Notes under the pieces: generated by a model
The model's database searches: none
What the model was told of the DNA's origin: nothing
What the model saw: the letters and a program-made list of their open reading frames with translations, nothing else
Shown: positions 1 to 10,300 of the stretch, piece after piece
How the letters are laid out: the number at the start of each line of letters is the position of its first letter
Position numbering within the stretch: the first letter of the stretch is position 1
Program-made: the position numbers and the translations under genes
Source of the DNA: an uncultured marine group III euryarchaeote
Lineage (GTDB): Archaea; Thermoplasmatota; Poseidoniia; MGIII; CG-Epi1
Length of the DNA: 64,000 bases
Assembly (NCBI GenBank): GCA_902627615.1
Contig: CACOJW010000001.1
Coordinates: 4,907-68,906, forward strand
Direction: 5' to 3'

Positions 1-2
1 TT

Positions 3-770
3 TTTCTTTTGACGTTTGCATATAGTGGGAATTGGCCTCCGATGGTAGTTATAGAATCAGGTTCAATGGAGCATGATAACAATCCACTTTATTCAGAGCC
101 AAGGTATAGCCATATTGGAACAATTGATACTGGAGATTTAGTCGTCGTTAAGAAAGCGAAAAAGTCAGACATAGTAACCTACCTTGAAGGTAAGAAAACA
201 GATTATAAGAAATATGGAGATTACGGAGACGTCATTGTTTATTACAAAAATGGCATTGAAACATATGAAGGTCAACCAGTAACTCCAGTTATTCACAGGG
301 CAATGGCCTGGGTAGAAGTTGTAGACAAAGAGAATGAAACCTATTATATTCCTGAAATAGATACAACATTTCAAGGCAAGATACAGTTGGCAGAAATAGG
401 TTTAGGAGGAGGTGCTAGTATTCAAAATATACAAAACTCAGGATACATTACTAAAGGTGATTCAACAGGCAATCCTCATCCCGATCAATTGACACATTAC
501 GATATTATGGGCGCACCAGTACAGCCAGTAGATCCCGATTGGGTAGTGGGAATGGCAAAAGGTGAATTACCTTGGTTTGGTCTGATTAAATTGCGAGTAA
601 CTCAACCAGACAATTATTACGAAGCCCCCCCTCAATGCAGAACCATGTTATGGGCATCTATGTTTATTGTTCTAGCAGGGCCAGTCCTAGCAGGACAATT
701 ATGGGATAATTATCAATCTCGTAATAATGCTAGTTCAACATCCAAATCAGGCAAGAACAGGAAAGAGTAA
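3..770 (+). CDS. Signal peptidase I, archaeal/ER (S26B, Sec11-like) type; 5' end cut by window edge
   Basis: The frame is open from nt 3, with no stop upstream of the TTG at 9, so the gene begins outside the window. It has the ordered S26 boxes SGSMEH (Ser box), GDLVVV, PVIHRA (His box of the Ser/His type) and TKGDSTGNPHPD. A C-terminal hydrophobic segment is present (MLWASMFIVLAGPVLAG). Confidence 0.8.
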   Translation, partial: FLLTFAYSGNWPPMVVIESGSMEHDNNPLYSEPRYSHIGTIDTGDLVVVKKAKKSDIVTYLEGKKTDYKKYGDYGDVIVYYKNGIETYEGQPVTPVIHRAMAWVEVVDKENETYYIPEIDTTFQGKIQLAEIGLGGGASIQNIQNSGYITKGDSTGNPHPDQLTHYDIMGAPVQPVDPDWVVGMAKGELPWFGLIKLRVTQPDNYYEAPPQCRTMLWASMFIVLAGPVLAGQLWDNYQSRNNASSTSKSGKNRKE

Positions 771-804
771 GCATTAATTACAGCATAATTAAACATAATT
801 AGCC

Positions 805-2331
805 ATGAGTCAAACTCCAGCAGCAGCTAAACGCGGAATTCCTTCCAAAACAGATTTTAAAGAATGGTATCCTTTTATCGTTGAAGCTGCTGAATTAGTT
901 GATAAAAGATATCCAATCAAAGGGATGGATGTATGGAGGCCTTATGGTTGGAAAGCAATGCGTTTGATAGATCATTTGACTCACAGTGAAATGGAGAGGA
1001 CAGACCACGACGAGGTTAATTTCCCGTTATTAATCCCTGAAGATTTGTTGGACAAAGAGAATAGATTGGTATCTTTACTGAAAGCAGCTAGGGAGCAAGG
1101 CGTAGATCCTTCTGAACTTAGAATGGAAGAGGATGTAACAGGTTTTGCAAAGGAAGTGTACTGGATAAGGCACGCTGGCGAAACTAAGTTGGATAAGCCT
1201 ATGTTTCTGAGGCCCACAAGTGAAACTGCAATGTACACTATGTTTCCTCTATGGATAAGATCACATGCAGATTTACCTCTTAAAACGTATCAAATAGTTA
1301 ACACTTTTAGATATGAGACAAAACAAACTCGTTCTTTCATAAGAGTAAGGGAAATACATTTCTTTGAAGCACATACAGCCCATGTTGATGAAGCCGATGC
1401 TACGAAGCAAATAGAAGAAGACTTAGGAATTGTTCAGAATTTAATGAATGAATTAAAATTACCAGTTTTAGTTACTAAGAGGCCAGTATGGGACACTTTT
1501 CCAGGAGCTTGGTATACTATTGGAATAGATGTAATAATGCCAGATGGGCGCACTTTACAAGTTGCATCTTGTCATCACTATAGAGATCAATGGGCAAAAG
1601 CCTTTGATGTAACTTACGAATCAGAATCAGGTGAACAAAAATTCGTACACCAAACAACATATGGTATGTCTGAAAGATTGCTGGGTGCTGTTGTTGCAAC
1701 TCATGGTGATGATCAAGGCCTGATTATGCCTCCCAGTGTAGCGCCAATTCAAGTAGTTGTGATTCCGATAATGGCTAAAGAATCTTCAGAAAATATAATA
1801 TTGGAAGCTGAAAAATTAGTTTCCAAGTTAAAGGAATCGGGAATTAGGGTTAGAATTGATGTAAGAGACATCCGCCCAGGTCAGAAATATTATGATTGGG
1901 AAATTAAAGGAGTGCCTCTAAGAATTGAATTAGGCCCGCGAGATTTAGCCAATGATTCATTTATGTGCGCTAGAAGAACTGGCGGCAAAGAGAGTCACCC
2001 TCTATCTAATCTTGTTAGTATAGTAAAAGACGAGTTAAATTCGATAGGTGAAAAGATGGATGAAAGAAGTAAAAAGCACTTCAGTTCTTGCATCAAAGTA
2101 TTGCCAACTTTCACAGTTGAAAATAATAACTTAGTATTTGATGAGTCAATTGAATCTAGTCATGTTTATGAAATGGCATTTGAAGGGAATGATGCAGAAG
2201 CACAAATAATTGAAGAAAGTACGGGTTTAGTTTTCTTAGGCAATTCAACAAGTAAATATTCTAAACCCAAAACTTGTGTTATGTCAGGTAAACCAACACA
2301 TAACAGAGTATACTTGGCAAAAACATATTAA
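805..2331 (+). CDS. proS: Prolyl-tRNA synthetase, archaeal/eukaryal type
   Basis: 508 aa. It has class II aaRS motifs (FLRPTSETAMY, FRYETKQTRSFIRVREIHFFEAHTAH). The C-terminal extension ends in ...AKTY, and a terminal Tyr is typical of this ProRS type. Confidence 0.9.
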   Translation: MSQTPAAAKRGIPSKTDFKEWYPFIVEAAELVDKRYPIKGMDVWRPYGWKAMRLIDHLTHSEMERTDHDEVNFPLLIPEDLLDKENRLVSLLKAAREQGVDPSELRMEEDVTGFAKEVYWIRHAGETKLDKPMFLRPTSETAMYTMFPLWIRSHADLPLKTYQIVNTFRYETKQTRSFIRVREIHFFEAHTAHVDEADATKQIEEDLGIVQNLMNELKLPVLVTKRPVWDTFPGAWYTIGIDVIMPDGRTLQVASCHHYRDQWAKAFDVTYESESGEQKFVHQTTYGMSERLLGAVVATHGDDQGLIMPPSVAPIQVVVIPIMAKESSENIILEAEKLVSKLKESGIRVRIDVRDIRPGQKYYDWEIKGVPLRIELGPRDLANDSFMCARRTGGKESHPLSNLVSIVKDELNSIGEKMDERSKKHFSSCIKVLPTFTVENNNLVFDESIESSHVYEMAFEGNDAEAQIIEESTGLVFLGNSTSKYSKPKTCVMSGKPTHNRVYLAKTY

Positions 2332-2400
2332 GTTTAAATTTATCTGAATCAGAGGATATAGGTACTAAGTTACACAATATAGTAAAAATACAACATTAGT

Positions 2401-2437
2401 TTTTATATACTGTCGGTCCGATGTTATAGTCCGACAG
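2401..2437 (+). promoter_or_regulatory. AT box plus perfect inverted repeat upstream of pilin gene 1
   Basis: TTTTATATA (2401-2409) is followed directly by CTGTCGG-N14-CCGACAG (2410-2437, 7 bp perfect). A second AT box GATATATC (2448-2455) lies ~26-30 nt before the ATG. GAGGA (2469-2473) lies 7 nt before the ATG. Confidence 0.35.
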
Positions 2438-2480
2438 ATTATCTTTTGATATATCTTGTCAGAAAAAAGAGGACGCAACC

Positions 2481-3056
2481 ATGGAACACAGAATAGTAAA
2501 GAACGACGATGGTGTATCTCCCGTTATTGCGGTCATTTTAATGGTCGCAATTACTGTGGTCTTGGCAGCTGTGCTGTACGTTTGGGCAGCCAGTTTCTTA
2601 GAGCAAGGAGAATCCGCACCTATAGCAACATTCTTCGTAGAAGAAAGCAGCAGTGGAGTATACCACGTAGAAGTGATTAAGGTCAGCAAGCAAGAAGATT
2701 TAGCTGGGTTCAGCTACTTTTTGAAAGATGACACTGGATCAACGTTTGTAGGCGGTAACGGCTTTGGCGAAATCGCTATGCAAATAGTTGGCGGTGAAGA
2801 ACACGGAATCGACACTAGTTACACTGGTGACGACGATCAATTAAAGAGCAGAGCAACCAATGTCAGTGATGACGATGGCTCTGAATACCCCGTTCACTTC
2901 TCAGACAACGACAGAGATAACAAGTTGTCAGCAGGAGACCAATTCATGGTCTACGGAATGGGTAACTCAGCAAACGGACCAGCAGCAGATAACTGGAAAT
3001 TAGATATTCAGTTTGACGCAAGTGGCGATATTATCGGCACTGCAAAGCTACTCTAA
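2481..3056 (+). CDS. Archaeal type IV pilin-like protein (class III signal peptide)
   Basis: 191 aa. The N-terminus KNDDGVSPVIAVILMVAITVVLAAVLYVWA has a short charged leader, a G/A-V-S-P-V-I processing region and a hydrophobic helix. It is paralogous to 55460..55954 and 56033..56536, sharing the N-terminus and a C-terminal F(D/E)xxGD(I/T)IG motif. Confidence 0.8.
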   Translation: MEHRIVKNDDGVSPVIAVILMVAITVVLAAVLYVWAASFLEQGESAPIATFFVEESSSGVYHVEVIKVSKQEDLAGFSYFLKDDTGSTFVGGNGFGEIAMQIVGGEEHGIDTSYTGDDDQLKSRATNVSDDDGSEYPVHFSDNDRDNKLSAGDQFMVYGMGNSANGPAADNWKLDIQFDASGDIIGTAKLL

Positions 3057-3085
3057 GGTTAGTTAGCTGAAATAACGTTAGGTAG

Positions 3086-3138
3086 GGGGAGGCACAGCTC
3101 CCCTGCCTTTCTGTTGTGCAAAGCTGTGTGATTTTTTT
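3086..3138 (+). terminator. Hairpin(s) plus T7 run downstream of pilin gene 1
   Basis: Stem A is GGGGAG (3086-3091) with CTCCCC (3098-3103). Stem B is CACAGCT (3093-3099) with AGCTGTG (3122-3128), followed by TGA and T7 (3132-3138). The stems share nt 3098-3099, so they are mutually exclusive. Confidence 0.45.
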
Positions 3139-3199
3139 CTGTTTAGCGAAGCTTTTATCTTATATCTGAATAATATCATTTAGGAGCTATTGTATATTA

Positions 3200-4303
3200 A
3201 TGAAGAAAATCAGTTTGATTTTGCTTACTTTTCTTTTAATTTTTGGAGCTTCGGGATCATATGGTTATTTTGTATACATTCATGAAGATGACGGCTCTAG
3301 TTCTGGAGAAATTGTAGTTCAAGAAGAATTAGTAGAGGAAGAGCAATCCGAAACTTCTGGGAATCAAACTGCAAGTAATGAAACAGAAAAACCCGGAGGG
3401 GAAGATTTACCTTTTGAAACATTTGGAATTTATAATTGTATAGATCATGATTCAGAACAAAGGTGTTGGCAGGTACATATTCCAGATGATTTAGACACGA
3501 GTATCTCGGTTCCTTTGATAGTAGATATTCACGGCTATTCTTCCAATTCAACTAATCATAGAGCATTATCAGATTTTGACTCAATTGCAGATGAATTTGG
3601 GGCAATTGTACTATATCCTGATGGACTTACAAGCCAAAACCCTTGGGATACAGATGCACATCAGGGTTGGAATGCAGGATGGTGTTGTGGTAGGCCAGCA
3701 AGTGAAAATGTTGATGATGTAGGATTCATAGAAGAAATAGTTAGTATTTCTTTAGAAATTTATAATATTGATTCAGATAGAATATATGCCTCCGGGTGGT
3801 CTAATGGTTGTGCCATGGCACAAAGGATGGCTATGGAATCAAGCCATATCTTTGCAGCAGTAGGTTGTATGTCCTTTTATCTTCTTATGATGCCAAATAA
3901 TAGTTATAATCCAATACCTGTGATGGAAGTACACGGATTTTTAGACCAAGTAGTATTGTATGAATCATCAGTTCTAAGTGTACCAACAAATCCAGAAGCA
4001 TGGACAGATCCAGAAGCCGTACAAACAGGAGCCATAGAGAATTTGTACGAGTGGGCTAGTTTGAATGGCTGTACGGGTGTAACGCCAGACTACAATGACT
4101 TACAGCCGCTTTATTCAATTCAAGGTTTTTCAAGTTGTGAGAATGATTCCCAAGTTCGTCTTATGACAATATATGCAGCTCAGCACAATCCCTATGCTAA
4201 GGACGTGGGAGGAGAAGGTCCTGGAGCGTTATTGCCAGGAACTCAAGGACTAGTTCAAAGTAGCTATATTGTCTGGGATTTTATCAGTCAGTTTTCTAAA
4301 TAA
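3200..4303 (+). CDS. Secreted esterase, LpqC/poly(3-hydroxybutyrate) depolymerase-like (COG3509-type)
   Basis: 367 aa with a signal peptide (MKKISLILLTFLLIFGASGS). It has the family motifs PLIVDIHG, YPDG, WNAGWCCG and VDDVGF, and the nucleophile elbow GWSNGCAM. Confidence 0.7.
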   Translation: MKKISLILLTFLLIFGASGSYGYFVYIHEDDGSSSGEIVVQEELVEEEQSETSGNQTASNETEKPGGEDLPFETFGIYNCIDHDSEQRCWQVHIPDDLDTSISVPLIVDIHGYSSNSTNHRALSDFDSIADEFGAIVLYPDGLTSQNPWDTDAHQGWNAGWCCGRPASENVDDVGFIEEIVSISLEIYNIDSDRIYASGWSNGCAMAQRMAMESSHIFAAVGCMSFYLLMMPNNSYNPIPVMEVHGFLDQVVLYESSVLSVPTNPEAWTDPEAVQTGAIENLYEWASLNGCTGVTPDYNDLQPLYSIQGFSSCENDSQVRLMTIYAAQHNPYAKDVGGEGPGALLPGTQGLVQSSYIVWDFISQFSK

Positions 4304-4342
4304 TATTTATTTTAACCTATCTACGATTAATTCTTTTAGAGG

Positions 4343-7300
4343 TTAACGTCTAGACCGATAGCTAATATAAACAAATCCAGCAACCAATACTCCAACAGCT
4401 AGTGCAATTACAGTAAATGAATTATTTTCTTCTTCATCAGTTTCACTTATTGAAAAAGTAGTAGAAGCTTTGTTATTTTCGGTGTTTTGTTCAGTTATAG
4501 CGTTTCCAGGATCTATATGAGCTTTGATAGCGTGAGTACCTCTTGTAGCATTCCATGTCGCACTTACTGTAACTTCACTGTTATTTCCGTCAAATTCTGC
4601 TGTAACCATTTTTATTGGCTCATCGTTAGCATAGAAAACTACTGGGACATAGTGTGCACCAGAATAGTTAACTAAATTTGTTACAGTAGCACTGATAGTT
4701 ACTTCAGTGCCCACAGTAGGGTAATCAGGCGTCCATACGAAATCTCCAGTTTCGATAGTAAAATCAGGCTCAGGCTGTTCAATCGGGTCTACAGTTACTG
4801 CAAATTCACGCCTTAAATCATCAATATCATTATCTTCATAGTCACTCCAAAATATTTCTACAAAGAAGGTTTCCCAAACACCAGGAACTACATTTTCATT
4901 AGGTGTAATTCTCAATTCAACTTCCTTTGTTTCATTTTCTTTCATGCTCAGCTTATTAGGAGTAAATTCGGCACTCCAGCCTTCAGGTATTTCATCTATT
5001 CCTGTTTCAAAAACGACATCTAAAAATCCTAGTGATGTAACGTTAAATGTGAATGTTGCAGTTTGACTTACAGGAATTTCGAATTCATTTGAATCGAGTG
5101 AGACTTCTATTCCTCTCATTAATTGTTTACTGATAGTTTCAATTTGATCAATACCATCAATTTCGTCAGTGATGTTAATGGTTTTATCTAATACAAATGC
5201 GTAATCACTAGTTTCAGATAAATCCTCATAGTTTCCAGAAAATTGGTAGATTCCCGAAGGGACTAGCATGTTTATTTGCCCATTATCGTTTTCCATAGTA
5301 AATGTGAAATTATCTCCACTAATTTCCACATTTCCAAAATTAATATTTTCATTATTATCGGAGTCTTGGTAAGTTACTGTATAATCGATTCCACGAACTA
5401 ATGAAGGACTCAATTCTTGAGCACTTTCTAATTCGAGTGAGCTTATTGACACGTAACTTGTTCCTGAAGTCGTATAGAACCAAGTTTTGTAGACTCCAGC
5501 ATCTAAATAAATTTCATATTTTCCTTCAGAATCTGCAACGGCAGTTCCTTTAATTTCAGTACCGTCAATGTTCCAAATATCTACTTTAGAATCAGACAAT
5601 ATTTCATTCGAATCGGCTATACCATCAAAGTTACGATCGTAGAAGATTGTACCAGAAACTCTAATTTCCCAGTCAGCTTGACGTTTGAAAGTTTGTTGGT
5701 CTCTACCAGCTTTAACGTATATGTTCTGTGAATTTAATTTGAACTGGTCATCACCGTCGTTCAAAGTAGTATCCATTGATATTTCATAGGTTTTAGGGAC
5801 CATTTCAGCAAAGATAATTTGGCCGTTTTCGTCAGTATAGTTGGCAAAAGTTTCTCCAGTTACAGCTTCGAAAATTACCAATCCATTTTCTAAGGGCACA
5901 CTATTTCCAGTTGCATTAATGTAAGTAATTTCCAAAGTTACATTAACTGTCTTTGGAATTAATACAATCTCGTTGTAATAATCTGTATTTCCATCAATTG
6001 TTAGAGTGTTTGTGAAATCTTGATAACCTTCTTCTTTTACTATAACATCATAAATTCCATTTGGAAGATCAACTCTTCCGTATTCTCCCACTCCAAAGAG
6101 CCCTTCATCAGCTTCCGAATTTTCTATGAATACAACTCCTGTGTCTTGTGAAATAAATTGAATTTGCACAGATCTATCGGTTATAACATTATTATCAGCT
6201 TGCGAACGAACGTCTCCTCTTACAAACCCTTCATCTTTTAGTTCAAGATTTTGCACAGCTGGTGCATTTAGATTTAGTATTGATCCATGACTGTAATGCT
6301 TACTTGTAAATCCATCCTGGAAGGTAACGTAGTAGTCACCAGGTAATAGGAAGCCATTGTAACCTGCAAATGTAGTAGATTCAAGGACAGTTACGTTGTT
6401 AAAATCATCTACTGGTGTGAATACTACCATTCCTGTTACAGCTTCATCTAATAATTTAGTTTCACCAGAAACTTGATATCTAAGTTCTGCAGAAACGTCC
6501 CCCATATCGAAATCAGGAGCTCCTATAGGAATGCTCATTTGCCCATGGACCAAATATCGGGTACCACTGTCCTCAAGGCTAAAAGTATACATATATTGTT
6601 CAGGAGGCAATTCCACATTATCGAAATATCCTTCACTATCGGTCGTGAAATTTAGATGGTAAAGTGGATTGTTAATTGGTGTAAATGATAAATTTGCGTT
6701 AATTATTGGATTACCATCGTAAACAAATCTTCCATCAACGCTGGCAGGGATTCTTTTAGCAAGTATTATGATTTCCTCAGTTTTTTGCAAATTTATTTTT
6801 TCAGTTTCCTCTTTGTCTTCTTCAGGACCATAATAAATTGTTTGTAATTCATAACCAAATTTGTTTAGGTCTACTTGGTATTCTCCGTCAGGTAAACTTA
6901 TCTTAGAGATAGGGTCAGTTGCCCATACGTTTAGATCACCTTCAGTAGTAGATAGGTCGATAGTTCCCTCTAGTGTAACAGTTTCTCCCATATGTTCCTC
7001 ATAAAGGATCATCCAGGCGTCATGACCTATACTTGCGGCTAAATCAACATTTTCTAAATTACCATTTATTGTGCCAAGACCTCGGAGCGCAACAAGATTT
7101 TGCTCTGCATTAGCGAGGGCGTGTGAGTAAACATCGTAATCACCTTCAGGAATAATAATTTCATAATTTCCTCCGAAAGTACTTGTCACTGAAGCAACAC
7201 CACTATCTGAAATAAATCGAATCATTTTTCCATCGTATGTGTTTTCTCCAGAATCAGGGTTAAACTTCTTATCTCCATCTAAGTCTTCAAACAATGTACC

Positions 7301-10300
7301 GGTTATAGTATATCCAGGACCCATTGCAGCATCAATTATTCCCGAATGAGTTTGACTGTCTATTCTGTCAAGATAAGCCAAAGTAGTTTGCTCTGTTTGG
7401 TGAACGGTGTAAATGTCATAGGTTCCTTCAGGTACTACTGTTGCGAAATATCCTTCTTCAGTTGTAAAGATGTTGTCGCTGAATTGCTCATTAACATTTC
7501 TTACGGTAATTTGCTCATTAGATATAGGATTATTATTATGAGACAGTACTCCTTCTATTCTAAATCCATCCATTAAAGTTGCGTTAAAGCTTCTGGACTG
7601 ACCTTTTGCAAGTTCGATTTCTTTGGTATTATTAGTCCATCCCGTATAAATGTCGTCAGATTCAAATCTTAAGGTATAATTGCCAGGTAACAGATTGTTA
7701 AAACAGAAAGAGATTGAATCATCTACTGAATCACCAGTACATTGAGACGCGTAATAGTATGTATTCAAAAACGTCTTTTCTACAGTACTTTTGTTGGTTT
7801 CATCGTAAAGTGAGACGGTAACAAGTTGTGAATCAAGTTCACCTGCAAAGATTTTACCCCAAACTATACCCGGTTCTAAGGCCCCTTTTACAGTAACATC
7901 TTGGTTAGCTTGTAAGGCAGCAGTCCCAGTATACGAAGCCAATTCTACAGTATGGCCATCCATTTCAGCAGTAATTTCGTATTCACCAGGTGCTAAATTT
8001 GTAAATTCATAATTCCCATTAGAATCTGTAGTTACAGTTCTGGAAACGTCAGAACGTATGTTTAGAGCAGTAACAGGTACTAATGGTATAGTATCATCAT
8101 CAGAGTCAAATGTTTCGTCTTTATTATTATCCCAGAAGAGTCTACCAGCTATAGAGGATGGCTCAACTTCTAAATCTATATTTATCCGATCTGTAGTTTG
8201 CCTCATTGCCTGTTCTTCAGAAATAATTACATTTTCTTTTCTAACTAAAATATTGTTAGATGATTTAAATATTTTTTCAATATCGGCTTCAGGAGTTCCC
8301 ATTGAAACAGCTAAGGTTAGATTTCCAGCAGGTGCCAGCACACTATACTCTCCATTTTTATCGGTAGTAGCTCTTCCGTGAGGAACTCTGTATTCATCAA
8401 GAACAGTTACATTTGCATTGACTATAGGATCACCGTCAGGCGTAGCTACAGTTCCATAGATTGTAGCCCCATCGTAATATTTTAATATTCTAAGTCCAGA
8501 ATTGTATTGAACTAACTTAAAGTGTGTTAAATTCCAGCCAGGTAAAGGAGGAAGTGATTGGTCTTGTCCAAGTACGCCAGCTATACTCGGTATTCCATCT
8601 TCTATCGGTCTGTCTACATCAATTGCAGACCATCCAATAAATGATCTGAAGAACATAGAATTTAGGAATTTATCTTTGTAAACTAATTCCTGAGATGTGA
8701 CTTGAACATCAGGATTATCTTCTAAAACTTCAATAGCTTCATCAAATGGAAGAGTTTGTCCGTTAGAAAGAGCGGCTTGAACTTCCACGAAATTTCCAAT
8801 GTCATAATCAGCTAGAGTAACGGGCGCATATAGGATACCAGTATTTCCGGCAGAATAAGGCATCAAGCGCGTGTCTGCAGCATAGTAGCGAATTGAATTT
8901 CCAGTTATTTGTTCAACTTCCCACATAAGATCTGCAACATCGTTTTTCTCAATAGTCATTAAGATAGGTTTTCCTGCTCGAATTGCAGCATTTTTAGGAT
9001 GGACGTCTTGGTTACTTCCATCAGCTTTCTTTGGTATGTAATCATCAGGGTTGGAAATTATATTTTCTAGTTTAGTAACGTTTTCTTCAGATAGGTAAAT
9101 GAGTAATTTGGTTCTTATTTCATTATCAAAACTTTCAGATTTACGATCAACTTCAGGTTCTATCAATCTATAAAGTAAAAGAGTCATTGCCTCATGTTCA
9201 GATTGAGATGCAATGAAATTACCAGCGATTTGGTATCCAAACTGGAAGTTATCGGCTACTGTAGGATGTTCACCAATATCAATTGCCCAGAAACCGTAAT
9301 CCCACCATGAGATGAAACCAGGTCTTTTCTCAGGTTCCAAATTTGTATCTTGTTCAGCTAACCATTCTAATCCTTCAATCCAATAATCAGAAGGGAAAGA
9401 AGGCCCAGTATTACCCATATACCATAGTTGGTTAGGATTTTCAATGGCATACATTCCTTCAGTACCATCAGGATATTTAGTTTGATTATTACGTTCATCC
9501 CAATCATATTCTTCAGGCCTTAGGAAATCATAACTTAAAAATTCAAAGATATCAGAATCGTGGTTTTTCTTATCTTCATATGGTACGCCTGCATCATATC
9601 CATAAAATGTATTAGGGAGGAAAATAAATAAGCCAACAAAAAGAGCAATTAATGGTCTTTTCATGTCAAAGCCTTGTCTTAGTCCTCTAATTCTATCGCG
9701 GAAACGATATTGATCTTCACTTTGAGCATCCATGTGCCCAACAACCATAACCAATAGCAGAAGGATTAAAGTTGAAATTAATCCAATTGCAATACTTACT
9801 GTAAAGAATAATATTACACCAGCAAAAATTGAAGCTAATGAGAGCCAATAGAACAGTCCCCCTCTTTTACCCCAGAATGCTTTCCAAGTGGTAATAATTG
9901 CAGGGAAATCGGCCCTTTGAATCAACAACCAAGTCATCCATCCACTAATTAGAGATACAACAGGAGTTGCGTTGAAAATAAAACGAATAGCAGATTGAGC
10001 CATATATATGGAAACAAGAGCCCAAGTCATAACAAACAAATAATCTTTCTTCCATATACTTTGATTGAATAGCTGATAAGCCATCCAAATCACACCGAAG
10101 ATTGCTAACCATATTGAAACAGGTCCAAAAGCAAAGACGAAATCAGCAAATTCAGGAGGCTGGGCCTCAGCAATGGTATTGAATAATTTTGTCCTAACGA
10201 AATATCCTTGACCACTGAAAAGTAAGAATCCGAGATCTTTGAAAACATATGTTAGCAATAAGTAAAGAATTGCAGCAATACCGGTTGACACTCCAATGAC

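Noticed and set aside
2456-2689. Two ORFs (74 and 76 aa) overlapping the pilin start region.
   Set aside because: They are alternative-frame and antisense readings of the conserved pilin N-terminus. The pilin frame is supported by two paralogs.
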